From the IMG/VR virus record IMGVR_UViG_3300037042_007115: a DNA stretch of 64,000 nt. One strand, 5' to 3'. The DNA is from a virus. Taxonomy: Duplodnaviria; Heunggongvirae; Uroviricota; Caudoviricetes. The notes under the pieces are model-generated. The model did no database searches. It worked only from the letters and a program-made list of their open reading frames with translations, and was not told where the DNA came from. The position numbers were made by a program, and so were the translations under genes. The number at the start of each line of letters is the position of its first letter. Positions within the stretch are counted from its first letter, which is position 1. Shown here one piece after another: positions 62,648-64,000 of this stretch.

Positions 62648-63418
62648 TCAGTAATTACTTGTTTGTCTGAATTGATTTACTTTGTTCTTACGGAAATACA
62701 GGTCATCCAGGCGGGCCGCATCAATATCATAGGCAATACAAAGAATGAAAAAGTTCTCCCAAGTATAGTAGAGATGCTGTTTGAAAAGATTTTCATCTGT
62801 AACCATGTGGGTATTTTTCCATACCTTATTCTTTAAGGTGTTACACATAAGACCTAAAGAAGTAATTGTTCTTGACATTGCCTCATGCAAATCTCTCCGG
62901 GGCTTTCGGGCATGTACCCGTTCATGTGTGAGTAAATAAAAGATAGTTCCAAGAGGATCTTCCTGTTTCTCAGTACTAGACCCGCTCATAATACCATTAT
63001 ACACCTGTTCTGGAGTAACTCCGGCAAGAATAGTCAGTTCTGTTAAGAAGTGTAATGCATCTGCTACTTCTTCATGGACGTGGTCTAGTAATTCTGGGTG
63101 GATATCATATGCTTCCCGGGCCTCTGCAAGTTCTTCAGTTATACGCCATGCAAAGTCTTTTAATCTAGCTTGCCCAAAGCGGCAATGTAGACTAACAGGT
63201 ATATCTTTAGTTTGGAGGAGTCCATTTTTTTCCTCGATTTCTTCATACTTTTCCATAAGAAGTCTTTGCTTAGTGAATATTTCACGTAGTCGGTCTTCTG
63301 ATGCCGTGGTTTTTGAATCAAAATCTTGGACGTTCATGCTATCAGCTCCACAACTTTTTGCGGGTGTATATAACATGAGGTTTCCATCTATATATGTTTC
63401 ACTTTTTTCCCCGGCCAA
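62648..63418 (-). CDS. MazG-like / dimeric-dUTPase-like all-alpha NTP pyrophosphohydrolase
   Basis: EELAEAREAY and HEEVADALHFLTEL acidic helix motifs. Confidence 0.5.
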   Translation of the reverse strand: MAGEKSETYIDGNLMLYTPAKSCGADSMNVQDFDSKTTASEDRLREIFTKQRLLMEKYEEIEEKNGLLQTKDIPVSLHCRFGQARLKDFAWRITEELAEAREAYDIHPELLDHVHEEVADALHFLTELTILAGVTPEQVYNGIMSGSSTEKQEDPLGTIFYLLTHERVHARKPRRDLHEAMSRTITSLGLMCNTLKNKVWKNTHMVTDENLFKQHLYYTWENFFILCIAYDIDAARLDDLYFRKNKVNQFRQTSNY

Positions 63419-63537
63419 TTTTTACTCCGAGATCCCATGATATATTAATGCGTTTTATGGTCAGGCCCCAGAGAGCTATCTTTATTAGGTTAGGGAGTAT
63501 TATTAGTATATATAATTTTATAATTGGAGTTTGAACC

Positions 63538-63693
63538 ATGGCGAAGAGAAAAGAACAAACCTATGGCGGAATGTCAATTAAACAGGATGCCGGACGCATT
63601 CAGTTTCCAGTAGGGCCAGATGGAAGAGTAAGTATCTGTGGGAAGAAGAAACGGCTTTCCATGAACGATGATGTAAAGAAATTTAGGCAGTAA
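63538..63693 (+). CDS. small basic protein (51 aa)
   Basis: GGAGTTTGAACCATG ribosome-binding site. First gene after the divergent region at 63419..63537. Not in the ORF track (under 60 aa). Confidence 0.3.
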   Translation: MAKRKEQTYGGMSIKQDAGRIQFPVGPDGRVSICGKKKRLSMNDDVKKFRQ

Positions 63694-63724
63694 GTCTGCC
63701 CTTTTACTTATAAGAGGTGATAAC

Positions 63725-64000
63725 TATGTCAAAAAATAGGATGAAAAAGCCCTTGGGGCCCACTAAAGTATGTCCTTATTGTAGCTACGGCGCAGGTATT
63801 GTAGGAGACATTGATCATGGAGTTTGGAATACCCGGGTCCCAGACCCCAAAGAGTGTCCCCGATGCAAAAGGTATTTGAGGAAGAAAGCTCTTACAGTTA
63901 TTTTGCCTCCGCGGATTGAACCAGTAGATGTCATGAGATACTCTGGTCCTCCTGGACCTATTATCGCGGCATTGCTGAATAATGATGCACGGGAAATTCT
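63725..64000 (+). CDS. zinc-ribbon protein, runs past the window end (partial)
   Basis: AGAGGTGATAACTATG ribosome-binding site; CPYCSYG...CPRCK. Confidence 0.35.

Noticed and set aside
1-64000. rRNA genes, capsid, portal or terminase, and CRISPR arrays
   Set aside because: No rRNA-like conserved segments, no recognisable HK97 capsid, portal or terminase motifs, and no repeat-spacer arrays were seen in this window. Structural genes are presumably outside it.

Overview
This 64-kb window reads as part of a virus or provirus genome: densely packed, mostly small genes, strongly strand-polarised, with no rRNA genes or host housekeeping genes. Every call below is manual motif recognition from the sequence and the supplied ORF track, so each should be treated as a hypothesis to be checked by search.

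Layout:
- 1 to ~14.3 kb (+ strand): about 45 small early-type genes, many of them CxxC zinc-ribbon proteins. Five of them sit behind a conserved ~40-bp promoter-like repeat.
- ~14.7 to 63.4 kb (mostly - strand): a long block carrying a nucleotide-metabolism set and a replication/recombination module, listed below.
- Short + strand islands: a rhomboid protease gene; a SprT/DUF45-like protein, a TnpB C-terminal fragment and a VRR-NUC nuclease; a secreted Thr/Pro-rich glycoprotein-like gene.
- Two tRNA-like genes on the + strand. One is a tRNA-Leu(CAA)-like gene. The other is a tRNA-Gln(UUG)-like gene that appears to be interrupted at position 37/38 by a ~121-nt intron.
- After 63.5 kb the + strand resumes.

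Nucleotide-metabolism set on the - strand: a MazG-like NTP pyrophosphohydrolase, a thymidylate-synthase-family enzyme, dCMP deaminase, a glutaredoxin-like protein, thymidylate kinase, a second MazG-like protein and a DNA N6/N4 methyltransferase.

Replication and recombination module on the - strand: a 1290-aa family-A DNA polymerase, a Cas4-like PD-(D/E)xK exonuclease, a Sak4-like ATPase, a DUF669-like protein, an SNF2 helicase, a ParB-like nuclease, DUF4326 and AIM24-family proteins.

The polymerase carries an N-terminal family-4 uracil-DNA-glycosylase domain and is interrupted by two inteins. One is a 190-aa mini-intein inside the TGRL/SS motif. The other is a 310-aa intein with a LAGLIDADG-like motif inside motif B.

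Several signals lean towards an archaeal host, roughly Methanomicrobia-like at this GC content, but this is inference only:
- TATA-like TTTATA(A/T)(A/G)G boxes ~27-35 nt upstream of starts;
- near-leaderless arrangements;
- a candidate intron at the canonical archaeal tRNA position;
- a PGF-CTERM-like C-terminal anchor after a Thr/Pro-rich stalk;
- a rhomboid protease and an SPFH/flotillin protein.

The most interesting candidates:
- the UDG-PolA polymerase with its two inteins;
- a possible DNA-hypermodification pathway, because the thymidylate-synthase-family enzyme appears to carry Asp where ThyA has its substrate-specifying Asn;
- the virus-encoded rhomboid, flotillin and anchored glycoprotein;
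- the intron-containing tRNA followed by a structured noncoding region;
- several conserved repeat families: a promoter cassette, a 47-bp palindromic operator-like element, and a 23-bp translational-coupling cassette.
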